From contig OZ242374.1 of assembly GCA_965209055.1 (NCBI GenBank), forward strand, positions 2,144,001 to 2,208,000: 64,000 nt of DNA, given 5' to 3'. This stretch comes from Acidobacteriota bacterium. Lineage in GTDB: Bacteria; Acidobacteriota; UBA6911; RPQK01; JAJDTT01. Position 1 is the stretch's first letter. Each line of letters opens with the position of its first letter. The notes beneath the pieces were generated by a model. The model saw only the letters and a program-made list of their open reading frames with translations, searched no databases and was not told the DNA's origin. Positions 19,180-27,563 of this stretch are shown here, piece by piece. The translations under genes were made by a program, and so were the position numbers.

Positions 19180-20466
19180 ATGAGTCAAGCATCCATTCAC
19201 CGCCGTTCCTTTCTGACCCGTTCGGCCGGAGCCGGAGCGGGCTTGGCCCTGGCCGGCTTTCCCGGCATCGTCAGCGCTCGCAACGTCAACAATCGCCTCA
19301 ACCTGGGAATCGTGGGGCCGGGAGGGCGCGGCACCGGACGACTGAAGCGGTTCTTTCAAATGAACCGGCGGTTCAACGCCCGGCTCGTCGCCGTCTGCGA
19401 CCTCTGGAACTACCGCCGCGAAAATGCCGTGGAGCTGGCAAAGGCCGAGCAGGGCTACGCCCCCAAGGCTTACCGCCATCACGAAGAGATTCTGGCCGAT
19501 GCCGAGGTGGACGCCCTGATCATCGCCACCCCCGACCACGCCCACGCTCAGATCCTGAAGTTGGCCGCCGACTCAGGCAAGGACGCCTACTGCGAAAAAC
19601 CCATGGCCAACGTGCTGGAGGAGGCCAACGCGGCCCTGGACGCGGTGCGCAAATCCGACACCATCGTCCAGATCGGGACCCAGAGACGTGCCAATCCCAA
19701 GTATCGCCAGGCCAGCCGCATGATTGCCGAAGGGTTCATCGGCGACGTGGTCAAGGCCGACTTCCATTGGAGCAAATACAGTCCTTATCGTTGGGCCCGG
19801 AAGGAAAAGGACATCCTGATGGCCAAGGAGGACGATCTGGACTGGAACACCTGGCTCATGGGACGCCCCCACCGGCCCTTCGACCCCCGGATCTTTCGCT
19901 GTTTCCGGCTCTTCAAGGACTTTTCCAGCGGCATCATCGACCAGTGGATGAGCCACGGCATCGACTTGGCGCACATGCTCACGGGTGTTACCTACCCCTC
20001 GACCGTCGTGGCCCATGGCGGGATCTACCAGTGGAAGGACTACCGGGAGAATCCGGACACTCAGGAGATCACCCTGGAGTACAAGAAGGGTGACCGGAAG
20101 TTCCTGACCGTCTACTCCACCAACTGGATCAACGGGTACGGCAGCGGCACCCGGGTCCACGGGACCCTGGGAAGTTTCAAGGGCGAGGCCATTTCCTACC
20201 GTGACGACGACTGGCATTTCACCGGCAAAGGGGTGAAGGCCGACGGCAGAGTGGCGGACATAGTTCCGGTTGAAGGGGACCCCGGAGAGACCGACCACAT
20301 GGCCAACTGGCTGGACGCCGTCCGCAGTCGAGATTCAAAGCGGCTGTATTGTCCCGTCGAGGCCGGCTACGGTCATTCCATCGCCTGCATCATGGCGACC
20401 GATTCCTACTGGAGCGGGAAACGAATGGTCTTCGACCCGGTGAAGCGAACCATCCGGGCCGGATAG
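19180..20466 (+). CDS. Gfo/Idh/MocA oxidoreductase, Tat-exported
   Basis: RRSFL Tat signal, GIVGPGGRG, ATPDHAH, YCEKPM, QIGTQRR. Confidence 0.9.
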   Translation: MSQASIHRRSFLTRSAGAGAGLALAGFPGIVSARNVNNRLNLGIVGPGGRGTGRLKRFFQMNRRFNARLVAVCDLWNYRRENAVELAKAEQGYAPKAYRHHEEILADAEVDALIIATPDHAHAQILKLAADSGKDAYCEKPMANVLEEANAALDAVRKSDTIVQIGTQRRANPKYRQASRMIAEGFIGDVVKADFHWSKYSPYRWARKEKDILMAKEDDLDWNTWLMGRPHRPFDPRIFRCFRLFKDFSSGIIDQWMSHGIDLAHMLTGVTYPSTVVAHGGIYQWKDYRENPDTQEITLEYKKGDRKFLTVYSTNWINGYGSGTRVHGTLGSFKGEAISYRDDDWHFTGKGVKADGRVADIVPVEGDPGETDHMANWLDAVRSRDSKRLYCPVEAGYGHSIACIMATDSYWSGKRMVFDPVKRTIRAG

Positions 20467-20570
20467 GAGGGGACTTTCCTCTCCCCCCTGCTCCCCGGAG
20501 TCGGCGGCTGGAAGCCGCCGCTCCAGCCGCCGCTCCAGCCGCCGCTCCAGCCGGCGGGGGAGCTTTCCTC
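20466..20570. repeat. REP-like inverted doublet with triplicated 12-bp terminal arm
   Basis: GGAGGGGACTTTCCTCTCCCC ... CGGCGGCTGGAAGCCGCCGCTCC; AGCCGCCGCTCC x3 at 20513-20548. Confidence 0.8.
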
Positions 20571-22916
20571 TTACTTCTCCGACATCCAATTCCGGTGGCG
20601 CAGGTCGTATTCCCGATCCCCAATGAGGCTGGGAAAGCTCCAAATCTCACGCTGGATCTCTCCCGACAGGATCTTCGACCGCTCCAGCAGCGACAGCAAC
20701 TGGTAGACGCGGGACTCGACCAGCGGGAAATAGGCCCCGATGTTGTAGGAGCCCTGGGCGCCGGGCCTGGTGTTCAAGACTGGCCAGACTCCTTTCTCGT
20801 TCTGTCGAGCCAGGATTTCCCCCAACTCCCCACCGGCAAACTGGGAAACGGACTCGGCCAGTTGGGCCCGGGTCATGCGGACGGGCACGGGCCGCGGTCC
20901 GTCCCGGCGCTTTCGTAGTTCCGGCTCCAGCCGCTGCCCATCGGGCCTCTTCATGAAAACGGACCAGGGAAATTCCTCTTCCGAGATCTGATCCGGGTTG
21001 GCCCACATCGCCGAACCGGTCTTCAGGAAGGCCACCCGATCCTGAGGGTTGTCCAGGTAATAGGTCTTCCAATTCTTGAGGTCCACGGCGATGGGCCGGC
21101 CGGTCCTGTGGTCCACCAGTCGGCTCCGCATCGGCACTCTCTCTCCGCCCACGTTCACCTCAATCAGAGCGCTCTTCTCCCAGTCGAGGTAACGGGCGAC
21201 CGGATCCAGGTATTTCCGGTCACGGGTCAGGTCATAAAGGAAGAAGAGGTTCTCACAGGCGCTGACGCTGGACCCGGGAGAAAGGCCCGGAGGGTGGTAG
21301 ACGCGGGACCAGACCGGCTGGTTCCGTCCGTCGTAGGCCAGGGCCCAGCCGTAGGTCGGGGGACCCAACTGGGCCGCGAGATGCCAATCGCCGTTGCGAA
21401 CGATGGCGTCCCGGTACTTGTCCAAGCCGGTCAGGTGATGGGCCAACTGCATCACCCGAAGCTGGTTGCGCTGGTTCCCGTTGTCGAACTCGGCCCCGTG
21501 GGGGTCCTGGTTGCGGTTCTCGCTGCGGCCTTCCTTCAGGTTGTAGGTGTAGCCCCAACTGCCGTTGGGGTTCTGGGCCTTGAGGATGAAGTCGGCCGAG
21601 CGCCGGAAGCCCTCCAGCCACCGCTCCTCCCGCGTCACCAGGTAGAGCCGGGCCATGAAGAGGGCGGCCTGGCTCTGGCGGCCGTCCTGAAAAGTGGGAT
21701 AGTCGCGGTGGACGGTCCGCCGGTGGGAAGTGAGGACCTCTCGCCGGGGTGTCGGCCGACCGCCGGTGTGACGGTCGTAATGGTTGACCCAGTAGCCCTC
21801 CGGCTGCTGGGCCGACAGCAGCCATTCTCCCGCCTTCCGGGCCACTTCCAGGTAGCGCCGGTCCCCCAGCACCTGATACGCGTACAGGAAGAGTCGTCCC
21901 GCTCCCGGCGTGCCGTTCCTGCCGTGGGCCAGCTCCATGAAACGGTCCAGGCCGGGATGGAAGTAGGTGCGGTAGCTGGTTTCCCCCGGCAGCAGGTGAG
22001 GCCAGGCGTAGAGGATGGCGCTCCAGGCTCCGTCGATTTGGAGCCGGCTGATGAAATCCAGGTGGCGGCAGACGGCGTCCGTGATCCGCACCGCCGCCTT
22101 CTCCGGCAGGTGCGTTTCCCGGCCCCGAAGCGCCAGCATCTCCTGGACCGTCACGTCGCTGATCTTCAACTCGTCGAAGCGCGCCCCGGCAGTCTGCAGG
22201 ACGACCCGGGGATCGAGGCCCTCTCGGCCCACTCCCCCATAGTAGGAAGCTCCCAGAAACAGAATGTGGAAGCGGTTCACCTCCAGGGGCTTGCCCACCG
22301 AGAGACTCCGGAGCCGGCCATCCAGGGCCAGCCAGAGCCGCCCCTTCCGGTCGTCCCAGGAAAACAGCAGATGGTGCCAGTCCTCGGCCTCCAGATCGGA
22401 AACCGGAAAGTCGAGGGAGCCCACCACCTCGCCGTCTCCTTTCCAGTGGCGGCCGGCCCAGGAGAGCCGCAACCGGTTGTCGCTCGTTTTCCACAGTTCC
22501 AGGTCGCGGCGCACGGCGGCCGCTGAGAAGAGGCAGTGCCTGAGCCCGTCCCGCCAGATGTTCCGTCCCGGTTTGCTTCGGACCCAAAACTGGACGGTCC
22601 CTCGGTCCGGTCGCATGTTGCCGTGGGCCCGAAGGTTGATCTGGGCTCCCGGGATGTCGATCTCGATCCCGCCGCCGACCCTGCCGGGAACCGAAGCGTC
22701 GTAGTTGCGTCCGGCCGCGCCCATCCCGTCTCGCTCGTAGTCGGGCTGGATGCCGCCGGGTGCGTCGAAGCGGGCCAAGAGGGTGGTGTGCCGGTCCCGC
22801 TCGACGGGGGCGCTCACCCAATCGGGAAGATCGGTCGTGGTTTGAACCGGCCGGCCGCCGGCCGGAAAAGTGGAAGCCAGGAGGAGAGTTGCCGCCAGAA
22901 GATTCTTCGTCGAAAT
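20571..22916 (-). CDS. LamG-like domain plus alpha/alpha-barrel (pectate lyase PL10-like) protein
   Basis: GTVQFWV..WHHLLFSW LamG pattern; repeated AQ-x-x-x-G-x-W motifs. First canonical start is GTG 22817, but an in-frame signal peptide extends to ATT 22916. Confidence 0.6.
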   Translation of the reverse strand: MSTKNLLAATLLLASTFPAGGRPVQTTTDLPDWVSAPVERDRHTTLLARFDAPGGIQPDYERDGMGAAGRNYDASVPGRVGGGIEIDIPGAQINLRAHGNMRPDRGTVQFWVRSKPGRNIWRDGLRHCLFSAAAVRRDLELWKTSDNRLRLSWAGRHWKGDGEVVGSLDFPVSDLEAEDWHHLLFSWDDRKGRLWLALDGRLRSLSVGKPLEVNRFHILFLGASYYGGVGREGLDPRVVLQTAGARFDELKISDVTVQEMLALRGRETHLPEKAAVRITDAVCRHLDFISRLQIDGAWSAILYAWPHLLPGETSYRTYFHPGLDRFMELAHGRNGTPGAGRLFLYAYQVLGDRRYLEVARKAGEWLLSAQQPEGYWVNHYDRHTGGRPTPRREVLTSHRRTVHRDYPTFQDGRQSQAALFMARLYLVTREERWLEGFRRSADFILKAQNPNGSWGYTYNLKEGRSENRNQDPHGAEFDNGNQRNQLRVMQLAHHLTGLDKYRDAIVRNGDWHLAAQLGPPTYGWALAYDGRNQPVWSRVYHPPGLSPGSSVSACENLFFLYDLTRDRKYLDPVARYLDWEKSALIEVNVGGERVPMRSRLVDHRTGRPIAVDLKNWKTYYLDNPQDRVAFLKTGSAMWANPDQISEEEFPWSVFMKRPDGQRLEPELRKRRDGPRPVPVRMTRAQLAESVSQFAGGELGEILARQNEKGVWPVLNTRPGAQGSYNIGAYFPLVESRVYQLLSLLERSKILSGEIQREIWSFPSLIGDREYDLRHRNWMSEK

Positions 22917-22937
22917 GGTGTCCTCGGATCGAGTCGT

Positions 22938-24962
22938 TCAGCGCATCAGATAATCCCAGCGTGCAGCCGCTCCCTTGACGACTTGGGGAACATCCTGGGA
23001 CAGGAGGTATCCTTGATCCAGGAGCGCAAGGGCGACTGCGGCGACGCGGCCCAGGTACTCTTCCCGGCTCCCGTACCTTTCCTGGATGGAAAGGCGCGGG
23101 TCACCCGCCTCGAGTCGCTCCCGCTTGGTCCGGGCGAAGGGAATCCAGGAGCCGCGAAAGCTGCAAATTTCCGTCGGCGGCCCCCTTCCAGGGCCGAAGA
23201 GGTTCCATCCCGTGTAAGTGGCCAGGGGCACCGCTACTTCCGGAAGGCGAATCCCCGCCAACTCGTTGCCGTCGGCGTCGACCTTGGGGACCAGGATCGG
23301 AAAGGGTTCGCCGACTCGAGGCGGCTGGATGCTCACGATGCCCTGGGAACGAAACCGGGGACCGTAATTCACCCGGTACGCCCGGTGGATTCGGGTGGGC
23401 GCGCGAACTCCCGGCAAACGGGGAAAGTCGAACTCGGGAAAGGGGACCAGTGTGTCCTGGTCCAAGCGCGGGTAGCGGCTGGGGGGCGGGATCGTGCCCT
23501 CCGCCACCCATCGGTCCAGGGCCAGGAGCAGGGCGCGCATGGTCCAGCGAATCTCCAGCGGATTGTTGAGTTGTTCTCCCGTCGTCCGGTCGGGAGGGAA
23601 GCGTCCGGGGGAGTGTTGGCTGCCGGTGAAGAGATAGTGGCGAACCTGATCCATCGGCTCCACGTCCCCGGTTCCGTCCACGGTGGTGTGAATCAGGGAA
23701 GAGGCGCGGCCCCAATACTCGTAGGACGAGTTGGTGTAGAAGATCTTGGGGCTCAGCTCAGGCCGGGCAAAGTGGATGAGCAGCCCGTCGGTCCGGCCGG
23801 TCACCGGGTCGGTCTGGGCCCTACCGGTGAAGGGAAAGATGTCGGTGGGATAGAAGAAGTTGGCGAAGGGCTGGGCGTCCCGGGACGGCTGGGCGAAGCG
23901 GTGGTTGAAGCTGCCCCGTCCCGCACCCGCCACGTGCGGCATGAGTCCGTCGAAGACCCGCCGGTTCTGCTCGTCCTCGTTGAAACCGTGGTAGAGGAAG
24001 GTCCGCAGGAACCGGCCGCTCTGGGAGCTGCCGTACCCCAGGGCCCGGTTCAGGGCGCCCCGGGGAATGGAGAGCACCGGATCGTCCTCGTACTTGAGGT
24101 GGGAGATCATGTCCCGCACCGCCGTGGGGCCCAGTCCTACCAGGGGCGGGTCCTGGGCCCGGTAGACCACTTCGTAGATCCTGTGGGGCTCGAATCCGCC
24201 TTCCAGCAGGACGTGGGTCGGGTCGGGCACCGGCCGCCCCCCCTCCATTCGGGCGAATCTCCAGCGCTCGCGGGGAATCGTCTGGCGCTCGCCCTCGACG
24301 GCATCCCGGACCGTCATGGAATTCTCGGGGTCGTCGGGATCGGACACGGGATATGGAATATGCCTGCGGTCCGAGAGCAGGCGGTGTTCGACGTGGGTCT
24401 TGGGCACGAAGTCGCACCTCACCAGTCCGGTGATGGGGCCTGCCGGATCCCGGGCGACGGCCGGATACACACGAACGTTTCCGGGAGTGTGCGGCGGGTC
24501 CAATTGCCAACCCAGCCAGAGGAGCGTAAAACCGCGGCGCATGAGAAATCCGTCCCCGAAATCCTCGCGGACCTTGGGATCGCGCCTGAACCGGGCCAGG
24601 CTGAAGAAGCCCAGCATGTTCTTCCCGCCCCGGTTGGAGACCTCGTAGAGCAGGGCGCCGTTGCCTCGCTCCACCCGGACCGGCTTCATCATCACGAAAT
24701 CGGAGGAGAACTCCACCTCGCCCCGATCATTGCGAGGGGCTTTCCGGATGTCGGTGATGATCCGGTTGGGAACCAGTTCGGGATCGACGGCGAAGTGCAC
24801 ACGTCCAGTGATCCTTTCGTAGGGGCCCACGAGGGGATAGGGCTCACCCTCCAGCAACGGATCCCTCTCCTGGATCTCCACCCGCACGACGCGCGCCCAG
24901 AGCGGACTCAGGAAGATCAGGAATGAGGAGATGGCAATGAAGAGGCGGGACACACGAATCAT
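22938..24962 (-). CDS. Secreted alpha/beta-hydrolase domain protein (copy 2)
   Basis: Colinear 674-aa paralog of 10309-12333. Confidence 0.85.
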   Translation of the reverse strand: MIRVSRLFIAISSFLIFLSPLWARVVRVEIQERDPLLEGEPYPLVGPYERITGRVHFAVDPELVPNRIITDIRKAPRNDRGEVEFSSDFVMMKPVRVERGNGALLYEVSNRGGKNMLGFFSLARFRRDPKVREDFGDGFLMRRGFTLLWLGWQLDPPHTPGNVRVYPAVARDPAGPITGLVRCDFVPKTHVEHRLLSDRRHIPYPVSDPDDPENSMTVRDAVEGERQTIPRERWRFARMEGGRPVPDPTHVLLEGGFEPHRIYEVVYRAQDPPLVGLGPTAVRDMISHLKYEDDPVLSIPRGALNRALGYGSSQSGRFLRTFLYHGFNEDEQNRRVFDGLMPHVAGAGRGSFNHRFAQPSRDAQPFANFFYPTDIFPFTGRAQTDPVTGRTDGLLIHFARPELSPKIFYTNSSYEYWGRASSLIHTTVDGTGDVEPMDQVRHYLFTGSQHSPGRFPPDRTTGEQLNNPLEIRWTMRALLLALDRWVAEGTIPPPSRYPRLDQDTLVPFPEFDFPRLPGVRAPTRIHRAYRVNYGPRFRSQGIVSIQPPRVGEPFPILVPKVDADGNELAGIRLPEVAVPLATYTGWNLFGPGRGPPTEICSFRGSWIPFARTKRERLEAGDPRLSIQERYGSREEYLGRVAAVALALLDQGYLLSQDVPQVVKGAAARWDYLMR

Positions 24963-25046
24963 TAGAGTCCCGGCGGGAGACCGGAGTCAAGAAGGGGGAA
25001 GGGCTGCGACGAGAGCCGTCGCGGCTCTAACTGCCGGCCGAATGTC

Positions 25047-26090
25047 TTAGCGGCCCGTGTGTGGCTTGACGGCATTCGGGTCGACGGAGGCGACGGCGAG
25101 GCGTGACATCCGGGCCAGGATCTCGCGGCCGGATCGGTCGCCCGGATCGTCGCTCAGGGCGAAGGCGGCGATGACCACCGGCCGGCCGGACAACTCGACG
25201 ATTCCCGTGTCGGCGGCGATCCGCCGGCTACCGCCATACTTGTTGGCCACGGGGATGCCTTCTCTGACGTACTTGGCAATGGTTCGTTTATGGGTGGAGG
25301 CGCGCATCAAGTCCAACATCTCGCCGGTATCTTCCCGGCTCGCCAATTCGCCGCCATGCAGCTTGGCCAGAAGCGATCCGATGTCGCGGGGACCGCAGAC
25401 GTTGTTGTCCAGCGAATCGGAGTAACCCAAGCCATCGTCGAACTTCCCGGCGCGCATGTGTTCCAGGATCCGGGCATCGTTTTTTCGAGAGATGGGAGCG
25501 TCAGCCAGACCGACGATCAGGTAGTGCCATCGGCCCAGCTCCATGGAAGCCCGGGTGTTTTTCAGTCCCAGTTCCCCCAGAAACCGGTTGACCGCCTCCA
25601 GCCCGACCTTGCGCATCACCAGGTCGGTGGCCATGTTGTCGCTGTGCACCATCATCAGACGGCCGTACTCGCGCAAGGTGAGGGAGACCGGCCCGTCGCG
25701 GCGTTTGAGGACGCCGCTGCCGTGGGTCGAAATGTCCTGGGGCAGAGTTTCCTTGGCGTCCAGGTCCAGCGTCCCGGCCGCCGCCTGCCGGTAGAGTTCG
25801 ATCATGACCGGCAACTTGATCACGCTGGCCGGCGGAAAACGCTGGTCGCCGTTCCAGGAATACTCGGCGCCATCGGCCAGGTTCCTGGCGAAGAAGCCGA
25901 TCCTCCCGCCGAACCGGCTCGCCATCGCATCCAGATCTTCTCGAGGGAATTGGGTCTTGGGAGGGTTGCCGGAGGCAATTGCCCCCAGGACCAGACCAAA
26001 GGTCAGCAGAAGAATGAATCTGGCCTTGCCGTCGGGAGAGGGGTGCTCCGGCGAGGTGGAAGAGGCTGTCTTTCCGGATTCCCGTCTCAA
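25047..26090 (-). CDS. Class A beta-lactamase-like serine hydrolase
   Basis: FPPASVIK (SxxK), SDN, NKYG (KTG-like). Confidence 0.85.
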   Translation of the reverse strand: MRRESGKTASSTSPEHPSPDGKARFILLLTFGLVLGAIASGNPPKTQFPREDLDAMASRFGGRIGFFARNLADGAEYSWNGDQRFPPASVIKLPVMIELYRQAAAGTLDLDAKETLPQDISTHGSGVLKRRDGPVSLTLREYGRLMMVHSDNMATDLVMRKVGLEAVNRFLGELGLKNTRASMELGRWHYLIVGLADAPISRKNDARILEHMRAGKFDDGLGYSDSLDNNVCGPRDIGSLLAKLHGGELASREDTGEMLDLMRASTHKRTIAKYVREGIPVANKYGGSRRIAADTGIVELSGRPVVIAAFALSDDPGDRSGREILARMSRLAVASVDPNAVKPHTGR

Positions 26091-27535
26091 GCCAGGAGCT
26101 TCTCGATCACGTGGCCGCCGACGTCGGTAAGGCGGAAGTCGCGGCCCTGGTAGCGGTAGGTGAGCTTGGTGTGATCGATACCCAGCAGGTGAAGGATCGT
26201 GGCCTGGACGTCGTGGACCTCCACCTTGTCCTTGGTCACGAAGAATCCCAGGTCGTCCACTTCACCGATGGTCTGACCGGGCTTGATGCCGCCGCCGGCG
26301 AACCACATGGGAAAGTTGTCGATGTGGTGGTTGCGGCCGACGCTCTCCCGGAATTCCGCCATGGGGGTTCGTCCGAACTCGCCGCCCCAGATGACCAGCG
26401 TGTCCTCCAACAGGCCGCGCTGCTTGAGATCGGTGATGAGGGCGGCGGAGGGACGATCGGTCTCCATCGACACCTCGTCGATCCGCTCGCTCAGGTTCCC
26501 GTGATGGTCCCAGCCGGTGTGGTAGAGCTGGACGAAACGGACGCCCCGCTCGATCATGCGGCGGGCCAGCAGGCAGTTGGTGGCGTACGAGGGTTCCCCT
26601 GGCGTCACTCCATAGAGGTCCAGTGTGGCCTGGCTTTCGCTGCTCAGGTCCATCAACTCGGGACCGCTGGTCTGCATGCGGAAGGCCATCTCGTAGGAGG
26701 CGATCCGGGTGGCGATTTCCGGGTCGCCGTATTCCTTCTCATGCATCCGGTTCAGATCCTGGATGGCGGCCAGCTTTGCCCCCTGACGCCGGATCGAGAC
26801 ACCCTTGGGACTGGCCAGATTGGGAATCGGAACCGCCGAGCGCAGGAACTCGACGCCCTGGTACGCCGTGGGCAGGAATCCGCTGCTCCACATGAAGGCG
26901 CCGCCCATCAGGTCCGCCTCCCCCGATCGGAGGACCACGAACCCGGGGAGATCTTTTGACTCGCTGCCCAGTCCGTAACCCACCCAGGAGCCCATGCTGG
27001 GCAGTCCGAAGCGGGTCGATCCGGAGTTGCAGAAGAGCTTGGCGGGAGCATGATTGAAGTTTTCGGTCACGACCGATTGGACCAGGGCCACGTCATCCAC
27101 GACCTTGGCCATCTGGGGGAACACTTCCGAGACCCAGGTGCCCGACTGTCCGTGCCGGGCGAATTTCCGTTTTGGACCGAGCAGTTTGGGCTTCACCTTG
27201 GTGAAACGTTCCATGAACGCGAAGCGCTTGCCCTCCAGGATGGAATCGGGTGCGGTCTGGCCGTTCAGCCGGGCCAGTTCCGGCCGGTAGAGCCAGGTCT
27301 CGAACTGACTTGGCCCGCCGGCCATGAAGAGGTAGATCACCCGTTTGACCTTGGGTTCGTAGTGGGGTTGCCGGAGGGCGAGGGGGTTCCTGGCGCGGCT
27401 GTCGCCGGCGGCGAACATTTTGCCGTCGCTCAACAACTGACCCAAGGCAACGTTGGCCAGCCCGACGAAGCACCGGTCGAAGAAATGGCGCCGTGTCTGA
27501 CCGATAAGCTGGAGCCCGTAATTCGTCATTTCCAT
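26087..27535 (-). CDS. DUF1501 domain protein
   Basis: LFMAGGPSQ, NHAPA, ERGVRFVQ, GWDHH, GEFGRTP. Confidence 0.9.
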   Translation of the reverse strand: MEMTNYGLQLIGQTRRHFFDRCFVGLANVALGQLLSDGKMFAAGDSRARNPLALRQPHYEPKVKRVIYLFMAGGPSQFETWLYRPELARLNGQTAPDSILEGKRFAFMERFTKVKPKLLGPKRKFARHGQSGTWVSEVFPQMAKVVDDVALVQSVVTENFNHAPAKLFCNSGSTRFGLPSMGSWVGYGLGSESKDLPGFVVLRSGEADLMGGAFMWSSGFLPTAYQGVEFLRSAVPIPNLASPKGVSIRRQGAKLAAIQDLNRMHEKEYGDPEIATRIASYEMAFRMQTSGPELMDLSSESQATLDLYGVTPGEPSYATNCLLARRMIERGVRFVQLYHTGWDHHGNLSERIDEVSMETDRPSAALITDLKQRGLLEDTLVIWGGEFGRTPMAEFRESVGRNHHIDNFPMWFAGGGIKPGQTIGEVDDLGFFVTKDKVEVHDVQATILHLLGIDHTKLTYRYQGRDFRLTDVGGHVIEKLLA

Positions 27536-27563
27536 CCCGACCTTCCTCTTGGGCCTCGGCCTG

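Noticed and set aside
19002-20548. Short tandem repeats as CRISPR arrays
   Set aside because: 12-13-bp units with no spacers; no cas genes
25047-26090. True beta-lactam resistance gene
   Set aside because: No clear omega-loop E166 equivalent, KYG instead of KTG, and a catabolic context
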